Shown here: in pieces, positions 46,937 to 55,412 of the stretch
Position numbering within the stretch: position 1 is the first letter of the stretch
How the letters are laid out: each line of letters opens with the position of its first letter
IMG/VR virus record: IMGVR_UViG_3300022719_000175
Location: 1-58,821 of that record
Length of the DNA: 58,821 bases
From: a virus
Taxonomy: Duplodnaviria; Caudoviricetes
Reading direction: 5' to 3' (one strand)
The notes under the pieces: generated by a model
What the model was told of the DNA's origin: nothing
Database searches by the model: none
The model's input: the letters and a program-made list of their open reading frames with translations, nothing else
Made by a program: the position numbers and the translations under genes

Positions 46937-48834
46937 GAGTGCAACTCCCTCTCTTCGAACCAACCACGAGTTGGACTCCCCCCAAGGTAGCAGACCTTCC
47001 CTCCTGGGCCGATGCGAAGCGGGTCGCGATCGATATCGAGACCTGTGACCCGGATCTCCGGACGCTCGGCCCGGGAGAGCACCGCGACGGGCGAATCGTC
47101 GGCGTCTCGTTCGCCATCGAAGACAGCCCGCACGCCTACTACCTCCCGATTGGACACGCGCTTGAAGGCAACTTGGAGGCAGACCTCGTTTTGCGTTACT
47201 TGCGAGACCAGGCTGACGCCTTCCAAGGCACCCTTGTCGGACAGAACCTCACATACGACCTTGGGTACCTCCGTCGTGCGGGTGTGCGTTTCACGCCTGA
47301 GAGGTTTCGCGACGTACGACTCGCCGCCGCCGTCCTCAACGAGAACCAACAGTCGTTCACCTTGGACGCAATCGCGTCGGCTATGGGCTTGCCCGGCAAG
47401 GACGAAGCCGGACTCGAGGCCGCCGCGGAGGCTTACGGCGTCGACGCCAAGGGAGGCATGTGGAAGCTGCCGGCCCGGCACGTCGCGCCGTACGCGATTC
47501 GCGACGTCACTCTCCCGCTCGAGTTGCTGCGGCGACAGGAGCGGGTCATCGACGACGAAGACCTGTGGGAGATCTACGACCTAGAGTCCGACGTCCTGCC
47601 GGCGATTGTGCACATCCGCGAGAAGGGCGTGCGGGTCGATCTCAGCCGACTCGAGCTCGTCGAGGAGAAGGCGCGCGCCATCCAACTCGAGCAGCTCGGC
47701 GAGGTTTTCCGCCGGACCGGCGTGCTCGTCCACCCCAACGACATCAACAAGAAGGACGAGGTCGCGAAGATTTTCGAGGCGATCGGCGTCACGCTGCCCA
47801 CCACTCCGACCGGACAGCCGAAGATTGACGCTGCGTTCCTCGAGTCGCTCGACCACCCCGCGTCCAAGGCGTTTCTTGCCGCGAAGCGGGCCAACAAGAT
47901 CGAGACGACCTTCGCGGCCTCCGTCCGCCGCAGCCTCGTCGGCGATCGCATCCACTGCACGTACAACCAGATGCGCCGTGAAGATGACGCGGGCCTCGTG
48001 GGCACGGTGTCCGGTCGCCTGAGCGCGACGAAGCCGAACCTTCAGCAGCAGCCCGCCCGCGACCCCGTGTGGGGAAAGCTCTGGCGCTCGATTTACGTTC
48101 CGGAGGACGGCGAGCAGTGGGCGTGCATGGACTTTTCGTCGCAGGAGCCGCGCCTTGCCGTGCACTACGCCGCCGAAGCCGGCTGCAAGGGAGCAAGCGA
48201 GATCGTCCAGGCGTACGCCGAGGAGGCGCGGCTCGACTTCCACGGGAAGATGGCCGCGCTGGCCGGCTGCAGCCGCAAGCACGCAAAGACTATCTTCCTC
48301 GGTCTCTGCTACGGTATGGGCCAAGCGAAGCTCTGCGACATGCTCGAGCTTCCGACGGAAACGGTGGAGTGGCGCGGGAGCATGCGGCGGTTCGCCGGAG
48401 CAGAGGGCAAGGAGCTCATGCAGCAGTTCAACGCGATGGTGCCGTTCGTCCGCGAGCTCGCCGACCTCGCCAAGAATGCGGCCGGCCGCCGTGGTTGGGT
48501 TCAGACCTACGCCGGGCGTCGCTGCCGCTTTCCGTACGACAAGGCCAAGCGCGAGTTCGACTGGACACACAAGGCGCTGAACCGGATTATCCAGGGGTCG
48601 GCGGCGGACCAGATCAAGCTCGCCATGCGCGATCTGGATCGCGCTGGGATCGTGCCCAATCTGCAGGTCCACGACGAGCTTGACTGCTCTGTCTCGAGCC
48701 CCGCCCAGGCGCGCGAGATCGCCGAGATCATGACGAATGCGGCTCCTATGCGCGTTCCGTCGGTGGTGGACATCGAGCTGGGGCCAAACTGGGGCGAGAT
48801 CGAGGGTATACCCGACCAGAGCGAGACAGTATAA
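46933..48834 (+). CDS. polA: Family A DNA polymerase with 3'-5' exonuclease
   Basis: AIDIET exonuclease motif; SGRLS..PNLQQ; motif A DFSSQEPR; motif B RKHAKTIFLGLCYG; motif C QVHDEL. Confidence 0.95.
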   Translation: MRVQLPLFEPTTSWTPPKVADLPSWADAKRVAIDIETCDPDLRTLGPGEHRDGRIVGVSFAIEDSPHAYYLPIGHALEGNLEADLVLRYLRDQADAFQGTLVGQNLTYDLGYLRRAGVRFTPERFRDVRLAAAVLNENQQSFTLDAIASAMGLPGKDEAGLEAAAEAYGVDAKGGMWKLPARHVAPYAIRDVTLPLELLRRQERVIDDEDLWEIYDLESDVLPAIVHIREKGVRVDLSRLELVEEKARAIQLEQLGEVFRRTGVLVHPNDINKKDEVAKIFEAIGVTLPTTPTGQPKIDAAFLESLDHPASKAFLAAKRANKIETTFAASVRRSLVGDRIHCTYNQMRREDDAGLVGTVSGRLSATKPNLQQQPARDPVWGKLWRSIYVPEDGEQWACMDFSSQEPRLAVHYAAEAGCKGASEIVQAYAEEARLDFHGKMAALAGCSRKHAKTIFLGLCYGMGQAKLCDMLELPTETVEWRGSMRRFAGAEGKELMQQFNAMVPFVRELADLAKNAAGRRGWVQTYAGRRCRFPYDKAKREFDWTHKALNRIIQGSAADQIKLAMRDLDRAGIVPNLQVHDELDCSVSSPAQAREIAEIMTNAAPMRVPSVVDIELGPNWGEIEGIPDQSETV

Positions 48835-49091
48835 TGGGCGACATGATTAACCTAGACGATATCATCGATCTGGTTTACGACGGTGACGGCGAGTCGGTGC
48901 AGGTCACCGTTGCGCCCTGCGAGCGCTGCGACTGCTACCACGCGGTCGTCGACGATGACCCCGTTTGCCGCGTCTGCCGGTGTCTTGAGAGCCACGGCGA
49001 GCTGACGGCCTACTTTCTCGAACGGCTCGAGCTCTATCCTCGCATGCGATCGGACGGAACCTATGAACGCGAAAGCCGCGAAGCTCACTAG
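48834..49091 (+). CDS. Small Cys-rich protein
   Basis: CERC...CRVC; translational coupling with polA. Confidence 0.5.
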   Translation: MGDMINLDDIIDLVYDGDGESVQVTVAPCERCDCYHAVVDDDPVCRVCRCLESHGELTAYFLERLELYPRMRSDGTYERESREAH

Positions 49092-49290
49092 ACGCTACGC
49101 CGCGCTCTACCCGCCTCGCCTTCGCCGCAGCGTGGTGAAGTCCATCAAGAAGCGATGGGGCGAAGCCTCTCCTGCCCTGCGCAGCGAGATGAGGCAGGAC
49201 ATGGAGAAGGCGCTCGCGCGGCCTGACGCCGCCGGGGACGCCATCCTCCGCAAGCTCCGCGACATGGTTGCGGACGATAAAATCGAATGA
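49063..49290 (+). CDS. Hypothetical basic protein
   Basis: Overlapping operon packing. Confidence 0.45.
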   Translation: MNAKAAKLTRRYAALYPPRLRRSVVKSIKKRWGEASPALRSEMRQDMEKALARPDAAGDAILRKLRDMVADDKIE

Positions 49291-49469
49291 CCCAGCACCC
49301 GGCCTCCTTCTGGGAGTGCGACGCCCCCGGCTGTGACGGCGTGGACACGTCCGGACAGGACGACGAGCCGCGCGGCTGGGGGTTCTTGCAGTTCGATGGC
49401 CGAGACTTCGACCTTTGCGACTCGTGCATCAACAAGATTCGGAGGATCCTGAATGATCTTGACGGCTGA
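49287..49469 (+). CDS. Small Zn-binding protein
   Basis: CDAPGC...DLCDSC. Confidence 0.55.
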   Translation: MTQHPASFWECDAPGCDGVDTSGQDDEPRGWGFLQFDGRDFDLCDSCINKIRRILNDLDG

Positions 49470-49947
49470 CACCATCCGCGAGCTTGGCCTCGTCGAGCCT
49501 TGCCGTGAGCGTTACGTTGTGCATGGCAAGTCGGCGGGCCTGTCGTACGCGAGCTATGACTTGACTCTCTCTCAACCCCACGGAGTCCAAATTGCGCCAG
49601 GCACGGCGCAGCTCGTCACCGTCGAGCAGCTCATCAGGCTGCCCAACGACGTGGCCGGCCGCATCATGGACAAGTCGTCCTGGGCACGCCGCGGCATACT
49701 GGTCGGAAACACGTTCGCCGACCCTGGGTGGGAGGGCTACCTCTCCGTGCACCTGTTCAATCACGGCCGCGAGCACATCACCATTCCTGACGGTATGCCC
49801 ATCGCGCAGATCGTGTTCGAGCGCGTGGAAGGCGTCGCGGAGCCGTACTCCGGCAAGTATCAGAACCAGGAACAGAAGCCGACAGGAGCCCGATATGAGC
49901 GAACAGGGGATGAGGAAGAAGGTAGTACAGGCGCTCAAACCTCTTGA
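49453..49947 (+). CDS. dcd: dCTP deaminase/dUTPase superfamily protein
   Basis: ASYDL, KSSWARRG, DPGWEG, IAQIVF and YSGKYQNQ motifs. Confidence 0.88.
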   Translation: MILTADTIRELGLVEPCRERYVVHGKSAGLSYASYDLTLSQPHGVQIAPGTAQLVTVEQLIRLPNDVAGRIMDKSSWARRGILVGNTFADPGWEGYLSVHLFNHGREHITIPDGMPIAQIVFERVEGVAEPYSGKYQNQEQKPTGARYERTGDEEEGSTGAQTS

Positions 49948-50299
49948 CGCCATCTCCGTTGAAAACTCCTGTGGACCTGGAACTCCCGACGTCAATTACG
50001 TGGACGGCTGGCTCGAGCTCAAGTGGGCTCGAACGTGGCCGAAGAAGCCGGAGACCCCGCTTCGCCTTGAGCACTTCACACGGCAGCAGCGGCTCTGGCT
50101 CATCCGCCGGTGGAAAGCCGGAGGAAGGGCGTTCGTTCTCTTGAAGGTTGGAGTAGAATGGTTGTTGTTCGATGCACCAACTGCGGCGGACAAGCTCGGC
50201 CGCTCGACTCGAGCGGAACTTTATGAAGTGGCGACGCAGGTGTGGACCAAACGCTTGAGCGCAACCAAACTGATTGAGGCGGTGACCATTGTCCCCTGA
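49895..50299 (+). CDS. PD-(D/E)xK nuclease (VRR-NUC/Holliday junction resolvase-like)
   Basis: VEN...GTPDV...WLELK and Q..W...R...GG motifs. Confidence 0.8.
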   Translation: MSEQGMRKKVVQALKPLDAISVENSCGPGTPDVNYVDGWLELKWARTWPKKPETPLRLEHFTRQQRLWLIRRWKAGGRAFVLLKVGVEWLLFDAPTAADKLGRSTRAELYEVATQVWTKRLSATKLIEAVTIVP

Positions 50300-52595
50300 T
50301 ACTTTCCTCGAGCGACTGCGGCCCGGAGGCCCGTGGGTGCTGGTGGCGATCAACCCAGAAACCGAGGGGCAGCTCGTCACGGAAACGCTCTCGTCGCGCG
50401 AGTCTGTGCAGGCGTTTGTCGAGAAATACGTGGGTTGGAATCTGTACTACTCGCTCAATCCGACGCTCCGCAGCATCAACAAAAAGGCGCGGCGCGAGGA
50501 TATCGCCGCCGTCGAGTACTTTCACGTGGATCTCGACCCGCGAGCCGGCGAGGATCTCGAGAGCGAGCAAGCCCGGATCGAGACGCTCATCAACGAGCTG
50601 CCGACAGGAATCCCCACGCCGACCGGCATCATCTTCTCCGGCGGCGGCTACAACCTGCTGTGGAAGCTCGAACAGGCGATCCCCGTGGACGGAAACCTCG
50701 ACGCCGCGGAGGACGCGAAGCTATACAACCTCCGCCTCGAGCGCGTGCTCGGTGCCGACAACTGCCACAATGTCGACCGGATCCTCCGGCTGCCGAGCAC
50801 CACGAATTGGCCCAACGCGCGGAAGAAGAAGCGCGGCCGCGAGCCGGCCGAGGCGCGCGTCGTGCAGTGGAACCCCGAGCTCATCTATCCCGTCGATTCC
50901 TTCCAGAAAGCCCACCCGGTCGCCACGAACGCGGTGCCCAAGCCGAAGATTGAGATCTCGGGTAACATCCGGCGTCTGAGTGAGGACGAGCTCGAGGACC
51001 TGCCGATCGCCGAGTGGTGCAAGCTCGTCATCCTCCACGGCAAGGACCCCATCGATGAGTACAAGTACCCGTCCCGGTCCGAGGCGCTCTTCGCCGTCGT
51101 GTGCGAAATGGTCCGCAAGGAAATCTCCGACGAGGTCATCTACTCGGTCATCACCGACCCCGAGCTCAAGATCTCGGAGTCTGTCCTCGAAAAGGGCTCG
51201 AGCACGGAGCGCTACGCGCTCAACCAGATCGAACGGGCTCGGACGATGGCCGTGGACCCGCACCTACTCGACCTCAACGACGAGTTCGCGGTCATCGAAA
51301 ACCTCGGCGGGCGTGTCCGCATCGTCCGGTTCGTGGAGGACCCCGTCACGGGCCACATGAAGCCGCAGCGGTTTACCTTCGAGGACTTCAAGAAGATGAT
51401 GATGAACCAGCGGATCGAGATCCGGAACGGCGACCGGACGCGAACGGTCGGCCTGGGCGACTGGTGGCTCACTCACCCCGAGCGGAGGCAGTACCAGCAA
51501 ATGGTCTTCTCGCCCGCGCGGGATCCGAAGAACTCGCTCAACCTCTGGCGCGGCTTCGCGTGCGAGGCCCTGCCGCCGGATCCGGGCGAGACTGGTAAGC
51601 ATCAGCGCTACCTCGACCACCTGCTTGAGAATGTCTGCGGCGGCAACAAGACCCACTTCGGGTACCTCGTCAAGTGGATGGCTCGCGCCGTTCAGAATCC
51701 CGACCTGCCCGGGTACTCCGCGGTCGTACTCCGCGGCGGACAAGGAACTGGAAAAGGCATCGCCGCCCGGGAATTCGGCTCCCTCTTCGGGCCCCACTTC
51801 AAGCACGTGTCCGATGCGTCGCGCGTTACCGGCAAGCACAATCTTCACCTGCAGGACTGCGTCGTCCTGTTCGCCGACGAGGCGTTCTTCGCCGGAGACA
51901 AGCAGCACGCCGCGGCGCTAAAGCGGATCGTGACCGAGTCCACCTTGGACATCGAGGCGAAATACCACGACGCGGAGATCACGCCGAACCACCTACATAT
52001 CATCATGGCCTCCAACGAGGATTGGATCGTGCCGGCGGATGCGGACGACCGTCGCTTCTTCGTGCTCGAGGTCGCCGACGGCAACAAGCAAGACCGCATG
52101 TACTTCCGCCGGATCATCGACGACCTGAACAACGGCGGCCGGGAGCACCTGCTGTTCTACCTGCAGTCCCTCGATCTGACCGGCTTCGAGGTGGATTCGA
52201 TCCCGCAGACCAGTGCGCTCCGTGAGCAGAAGATGCGGTCGCTCGACCCGCTCCACGCCTGGTGGTATGAGAAGCTCGAGCGGGGCTATGTGTTCGACGA
52301 TGACGACGACGGCTGGCCTGAGAACGTCCCCGTGGACACACTCAAGTCGGACTTCCACGAGCACGTCCGTGCACAAAGTAAGCGCACCGGCACGACGACT
52401 TTCGCGATGAACAGGTTCCTCGAACGCGTGCTCGCGCGAAAAGTCAGCACCGTCCAGCTCGCTGCGACAACCGTACGGGTCAACGGCGAGCCGGTTCCGA
52501 AGAAGAAGCCGTACGCTTACGAGCTCCCGAGCCTAAGCGAATGCCGCGCGGCTTGGGACAAACTGCTCGGGATGGAGTCGACGTGGTCCGTCTAA
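50289..52595 (+). CDS. Primase-helicase (RepB-like primase + SF3/DUF5906 helicase)
   Basis: HVDLD, SGGGY and RILRLP primase motifs; Walker A GGQGTGKG, FADE, MASN and DDRRF. Confidence 0.9.
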   Translation: MSPDTFLERLRPGGPWVLVAINPETEGQLVTETLSSRESVQAFVEKYVGWNLYYSLNPTLRSINKKARREDIAAVEYFHVDLDPRAGEDLESEQARIETLINELPTGIPTPTGIIFSGGGYNLLWKLEQAIPVDGNLDAAEDAKLYNLRLERVLGADNCHNVDRILRLPSTTNWPNARKKKRGREPAEARVVQWNPELIYPVDSFQKAHPVATNAVPKPKIEISGNIRRLSEDELEDLPIAEWCKLVILHGKDPIDEYKYPSRSEALFAVVCEMVRKEISDEVIYSVITDPELKISESVLEKGSSTERYALNQIERARTMAVDPHLLDLNDEFAVIENLGGRVRIVRFVEDPVTGHMKPQRFTFEDFKKMMMNQRIEIRNGDRTRTVGLGDWWLTHPERRQYQQMVFSPARDPKNSLNLWRGFACEALPPDPGETGKHQRYLDHLLENVCGGNKTHFGYLVKWMARAVQNPDLPGYSAVVLRGGQGTGKGIAAREFGSLFGPHFKHVSDASRVTGKHNLHLQDCVVLFADEAFFAGDKQHAAALKRIVTESTLDIEAKYHDAEITPNHLHIIMASNEDWIVPADADDRRFFVLEVADGNKQDRMYFRRIIDDLNNGGREHLLFYLQSLDLTGFEVDSIPQTSALREQKMRSLDPLHAWWYEKLERGYVFDDDDDGWPENVPVDTLKSDFHEHVRAQSKRTGTTTFAMNRFLERVLARKVSTVQLAATTVRVNGEPVPKKKPYAYELPSLSECRAAWDKLLGMESTWSV

Positions 52596-52846
52596 GGCCT
52601 GAAACCCAGAAGAGCATTGCCGCCTTCTTCGGCAACGACAAGACGCCCGACGAAGTCATGCACGAATTCCTGGATGAAGTGAAGGATCTCGAGGTGGCGT
52701 GGTTCACCTCAGACGATCTTGAAGAAGTTGCGGAGGGATTCGCCCGCGTCGCGTGTGCGCTCATGTGCGCCGCTGACGGGGTCGATATCTCCGTGCAAGC
52801 CGAGGTCGACGTATACATGCGCGACCTCAGAAAGGAGGCCGAGTAG
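52583..52846 (+). CDS. Hypothetical acidic protein
   Basis: GGAG RBS before GTG. Confidence 0.5.
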   Translation: MVRLRPETQKSIAAFFGNDKTPDEVMHEFLDEVKDLEVAWFTSDDLEEVAEGFARVACALMCAADGVDISVQAEVDVYMRDLRKEAE

Positions 52847-53064
52847 TGGCCGACCAAGCTCCGGCGCCGCGGAAGGTGCCGATCCAAAGTCCCGAGTACA
52901 AGCGAAAGGTCACGATCCAGACCATCGGTCCGATCATCGCCGCGCTCGGACTCAACCTCGACCCGGAAGTCCTCGCGGCGGGCGTCGGCGTGTTCCTCGC
53001 CGTCGCCGAACTGGGCTACCTGCTCGTCCGTCGCCGCAACGCGAAGAAGGGAGCTGCGCAATGA
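52846..53064 (+). CDS. Holin-like small membrane protein
   Basis: 72 aa; two hydrophobic helices; highly basic C-terminus RRRNAKK. Confidence 0.6.
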   Translation: MADQAPAPRKVPIQSPEYKRKVTIQTIGPIIAALGLNLDPEVLAAGVGVFLAVAELGYLLVRRRNAKKGAAQ

Positions 53065-53339
53065 GAACCACCATCCTCGCGCTCGTCCTCGCGTTCGTCG
53101 CCGGCTGCGCCTTCTTCGAGCGCCCGGAACGGCAAGTCGTTTTGCCCGGCCCAGACGGAGTCCTCGGCACCGCCGATGACATCGTCACGACCGAGAAGGA
53201 CGACTCCGACGCAGAGAAGTCCGCGGACGTCGTCAAGACGATCCTTACCCTCCTCGGATTCGGCGCCGCTGGCGCGGCCGTCGTGACCGGCACGGAAGTC
53301 GCCTCGAACATCGCGACCAACCGGAAGAAGAGGCAATGA
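53061..53339 (+). CDS. Lipoprotein with C-terminal TM segment (unimolecular spanin-like topology)
   Basis: Lipobox FVAGC; GPDGVLGTADDI; hydrophobic TILTLLGFGAAGAAVV; basic tail. Confidence 0.6.
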   Translation: MRTTILALVLAFVAGCAFFERPERQVVLPGPDGVLGTADDIVTTEKDDSDAEKSADVVKTILTLLGFGAAGAAVVTGTEVASNIATNRKKRQ

Positions 53340-54055
53340 GCCGCCTGACAAGGGCGCTCGTCATCGGCTCGTTCCTCTTCATCATCGGTGGGACCTTCGC
53401 CGCGGGCTACAACTGGGTGTCCGAGATCGTCACCGGCTACGAGGCCCGCCTCGCGAGTCTCGAGCATCCGGAGTCCTTCCTCTGGGAGAACGTCGACCAG
53501 GCGTTCCGTCTCGAGAACGGCCTCTGGTGCGGCACCGGCTGGGTCGCTCGATGCCAGAAGGTCGGCGCGGGCTACCGTATCCTCATGGTCACAGCCCGGC
53601 ACGTCGCGGAGGTGGGCCCGGACGTCCCACAGCACGTCCTCGACCAGCGGCAGCATCCCTGGATCGCGACCTCTCGTGACGAACGGTTGACCGGGGGCAC
53701 AGTGCTTGCGCTCCATCCGCAACGCGACGTGGCCGTCCTGGATTTCTTCTCGACGGAGCCAGTCCGGGTCCTCCCGTTCGCCGGCTACCGTCCTCTGTAC
53801 GGGGAGCTCGTTGCCCACTCGGGATACCCGTCGTGCGATGCGAACCTCCGGACGTCCCAGGGACTCCAGTGCCACGACGGCGTGGCCACGTTCCAGGCAT
53901 CGCCCGGCTGCTCCGGCGGGCCGGTGTTCCGCGACGACGGCACCGTGATCGGCATTCTCGTCTCCGGGCTCGGGAACGGCTTCGACACGCTCACGTTCAC
54001 CGGGATGTACGTCCCCGTGAGTGTCTTTGAGGAGTGGCTCCTCGCTCACCTTTGA
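53336..54055 (+). CDS. Membrane-anchored trypsin-like serine protease
   Basis: Catalytic triad TARHV / DVAVL / PGCSGGPV; N-terminal Gly/Ala-rich TM segment. Confidence 0.88.
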   Translation: MSRLTRALVIGSFLFIIGGTFAAGYNWVSEIVTGYEARLASLEHPESFLWENVDQAFRLENGLWCGTGWVARCQKVGAGYRILMVTARHVAEVGPDVPQHVLDQRQHPWIATSRDERLTGGTVLALHPQRDVAVLDFFSTEPVRVLPFAGYRPLYGELVAHSGYPSCDANLRTSQGLQCHDGVATFQASPGCSGGPVFRDDGTVIGILVSGLGNGFDTLTFTGMYVPVSVFEEWLLAHL

Positions 54056-54139
54056 CGCAGGACCGTCATGGACCCGGCTCCCGCGGGGAGGGCCGACGTT
54101 TTGCACGGGCGTCCGGTCGAGTCGGGATAAGTGCGGCCA

Positions 54140-54176
54140 GGGCCCGAGGGGATTCAAATCCTCGGGCCCATTCTTT
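54140..54176 (+). terminator. Hairpin/terminator after the protease gene
   Basis: GGGCCCGAGG/CCTCGGGCCC 10-bp stem followed by ATTCTTT. Confidence 0.6.
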
Positions 54177-54183
54177 CGTTCGC

Positions 54184-54315
54184 ACCAGGTAAAAAGTACC
54201 TCACGTTTTTACCTGGTAGTGCCCCATTTTTACCACCTGCCCCAGATTGTCAGACGCCTAAGCCCTGACCTGGTTTAGGCTTAGCTTTTTGTACTAGTAT
54301 GGCACGCTAGTTGCA
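54184..54315 (+). promoter_or_regulatory. Sigma54-type promoter with upstream palindrome and TAAG-N17-CTTA site
   Basis: ACCAGGTAAAAA-N10-TTTTTACCTGGT; TAAG-N17-CTTA at 54259-54283; perfect TGGCAC-N5-TTGCA at 54300-54315. Confidence 0.72.
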
Positions 54316-54326
54316 GTACCTCCCCC

Positions 54327-54440
54327 ATGAACATCAAACAGTTGCAAGCCGCCTACCTGGAAGCCCTGCGCGAGCACGGGCCGGACAGCAAGGAAGCCAT
54401 CAAGGCGCAAGACGCGCTGATCAAGGCAAAGGGAGGATAG
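54327..54440 (+). CDS. Small protein (37 aa), probably leaderless
   Basis: MNIKQLQAAYLEALREHGPDSKEAIKAQDALIKAKGG; ATG at the predicted sigma54 start site; no RBS. Confidence 0.55.
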   Translation: MNIKQLQAAYLEALREHGPDSKEAIKAQDALIKAKGG

Positions 54441-54881
54441 TAGTGCGCTGCGTACGTGACTTCATCGACACCCGTACGATCCTACTCATCACCGTTTTCG
54501 GCGGTCCGATCGTGGGCCTGTTCGTCTGGGGCGGCCGCGCCGTACAAGCGGCGAGCCAGTAGGAAGGCGGAACGAATGGGGCGCGACGAGACCCTCAACA
54601 AGCGCCGCGACAAGATCGTAACCGTCGACCCCGCGGACTTCGCGGACCTGGAAGAAATCAAGGCCGCGGCGCGCCGCTACGAAGCCGACGGATACGAAGT
54701 GAGGGTCAAATAATGGACCGCGGCCGGATCAACTGGTCCAACGTGGGGGATCTCACGGAGGTCAACAAAAGGCTCGTCGGGATCCTGAACTTTCTCGGAG
54801 AATAGTGGTAGTATTAGGAGGACACGTGACTCGTCTGTCAGAGGCCGAATTTTACATCCTCATGCTCCTGCTGGAGGCCTA

Positions 54882-55412
54882 ATGACCATCTCAGAACAGA
54901 TCATCCAGAACGCCTGCCCGACCGGGTGGAAGGTGGAGGACCAAAGCGGCAAGACCATCCTGGTCGTCTTCCGGGATCCGGAGACTGGTGAGGAGATCCG
55001 GGTCGGCGAGACGTTCCACTACGGCTGGAGTAACTACCACTTCAACCGGCCGGAACCCAACCCGGCGAGTCGCGAAAACTCGGACTGCCACCGCTTCACC
55101 GTCTCTTGGAAGTCGACGCGACGGAACCGCTTCAACGAGTGGGTCGAGAATACGCGCTACTTCACCAAGAGCGCCGCCGTCGGCTCGAAGGTCATCGCCG
55201 CGCTCGAAGACATCAAGGAGCGCCGCCGGCTGCAGGCGCTGCTCGAGCAAGCCGACCTGAAACGCGAGACCGAAATCGCCATGATCCGTTCGAAGATCTA
55301 CGCTGGAGACCACGTCACGGTGGACACCCACAAGGTCACCGTCTCGTTCGTCCGGTGCGAGGGCGAGTCCGCGGCGGATTTCGGCGAGCGCATCAACAAG
55401 GAGATGCAGTGA
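54882..55412 (+). CDS. Hypothetical early protein
   Basis: GGAGG RBS; TAGTATTAGG motif at 54809. Confidence 0.65.
   Translation: MTISEQIIQNACPTGWKVEDQSGKTILVVFRDPETGEEIRVGETFHYGWSNYHFNRPEPNPASRENSDCHRFTVSWKSTRRNRFNEWVENTRYFTKSAAVGSKVIAALEDIKERRRLQALLEQADLKRETEIAMIRSKIYAGDHVTVDTHKVTVSFVRCEGESAADFGERINKEMQ

Noticed and set aside
54056-54176. Canonical tRNA gene or attP site
   Set aside because: I could not fold a D-arm or anticodon arm, and no integrase is recognisable.
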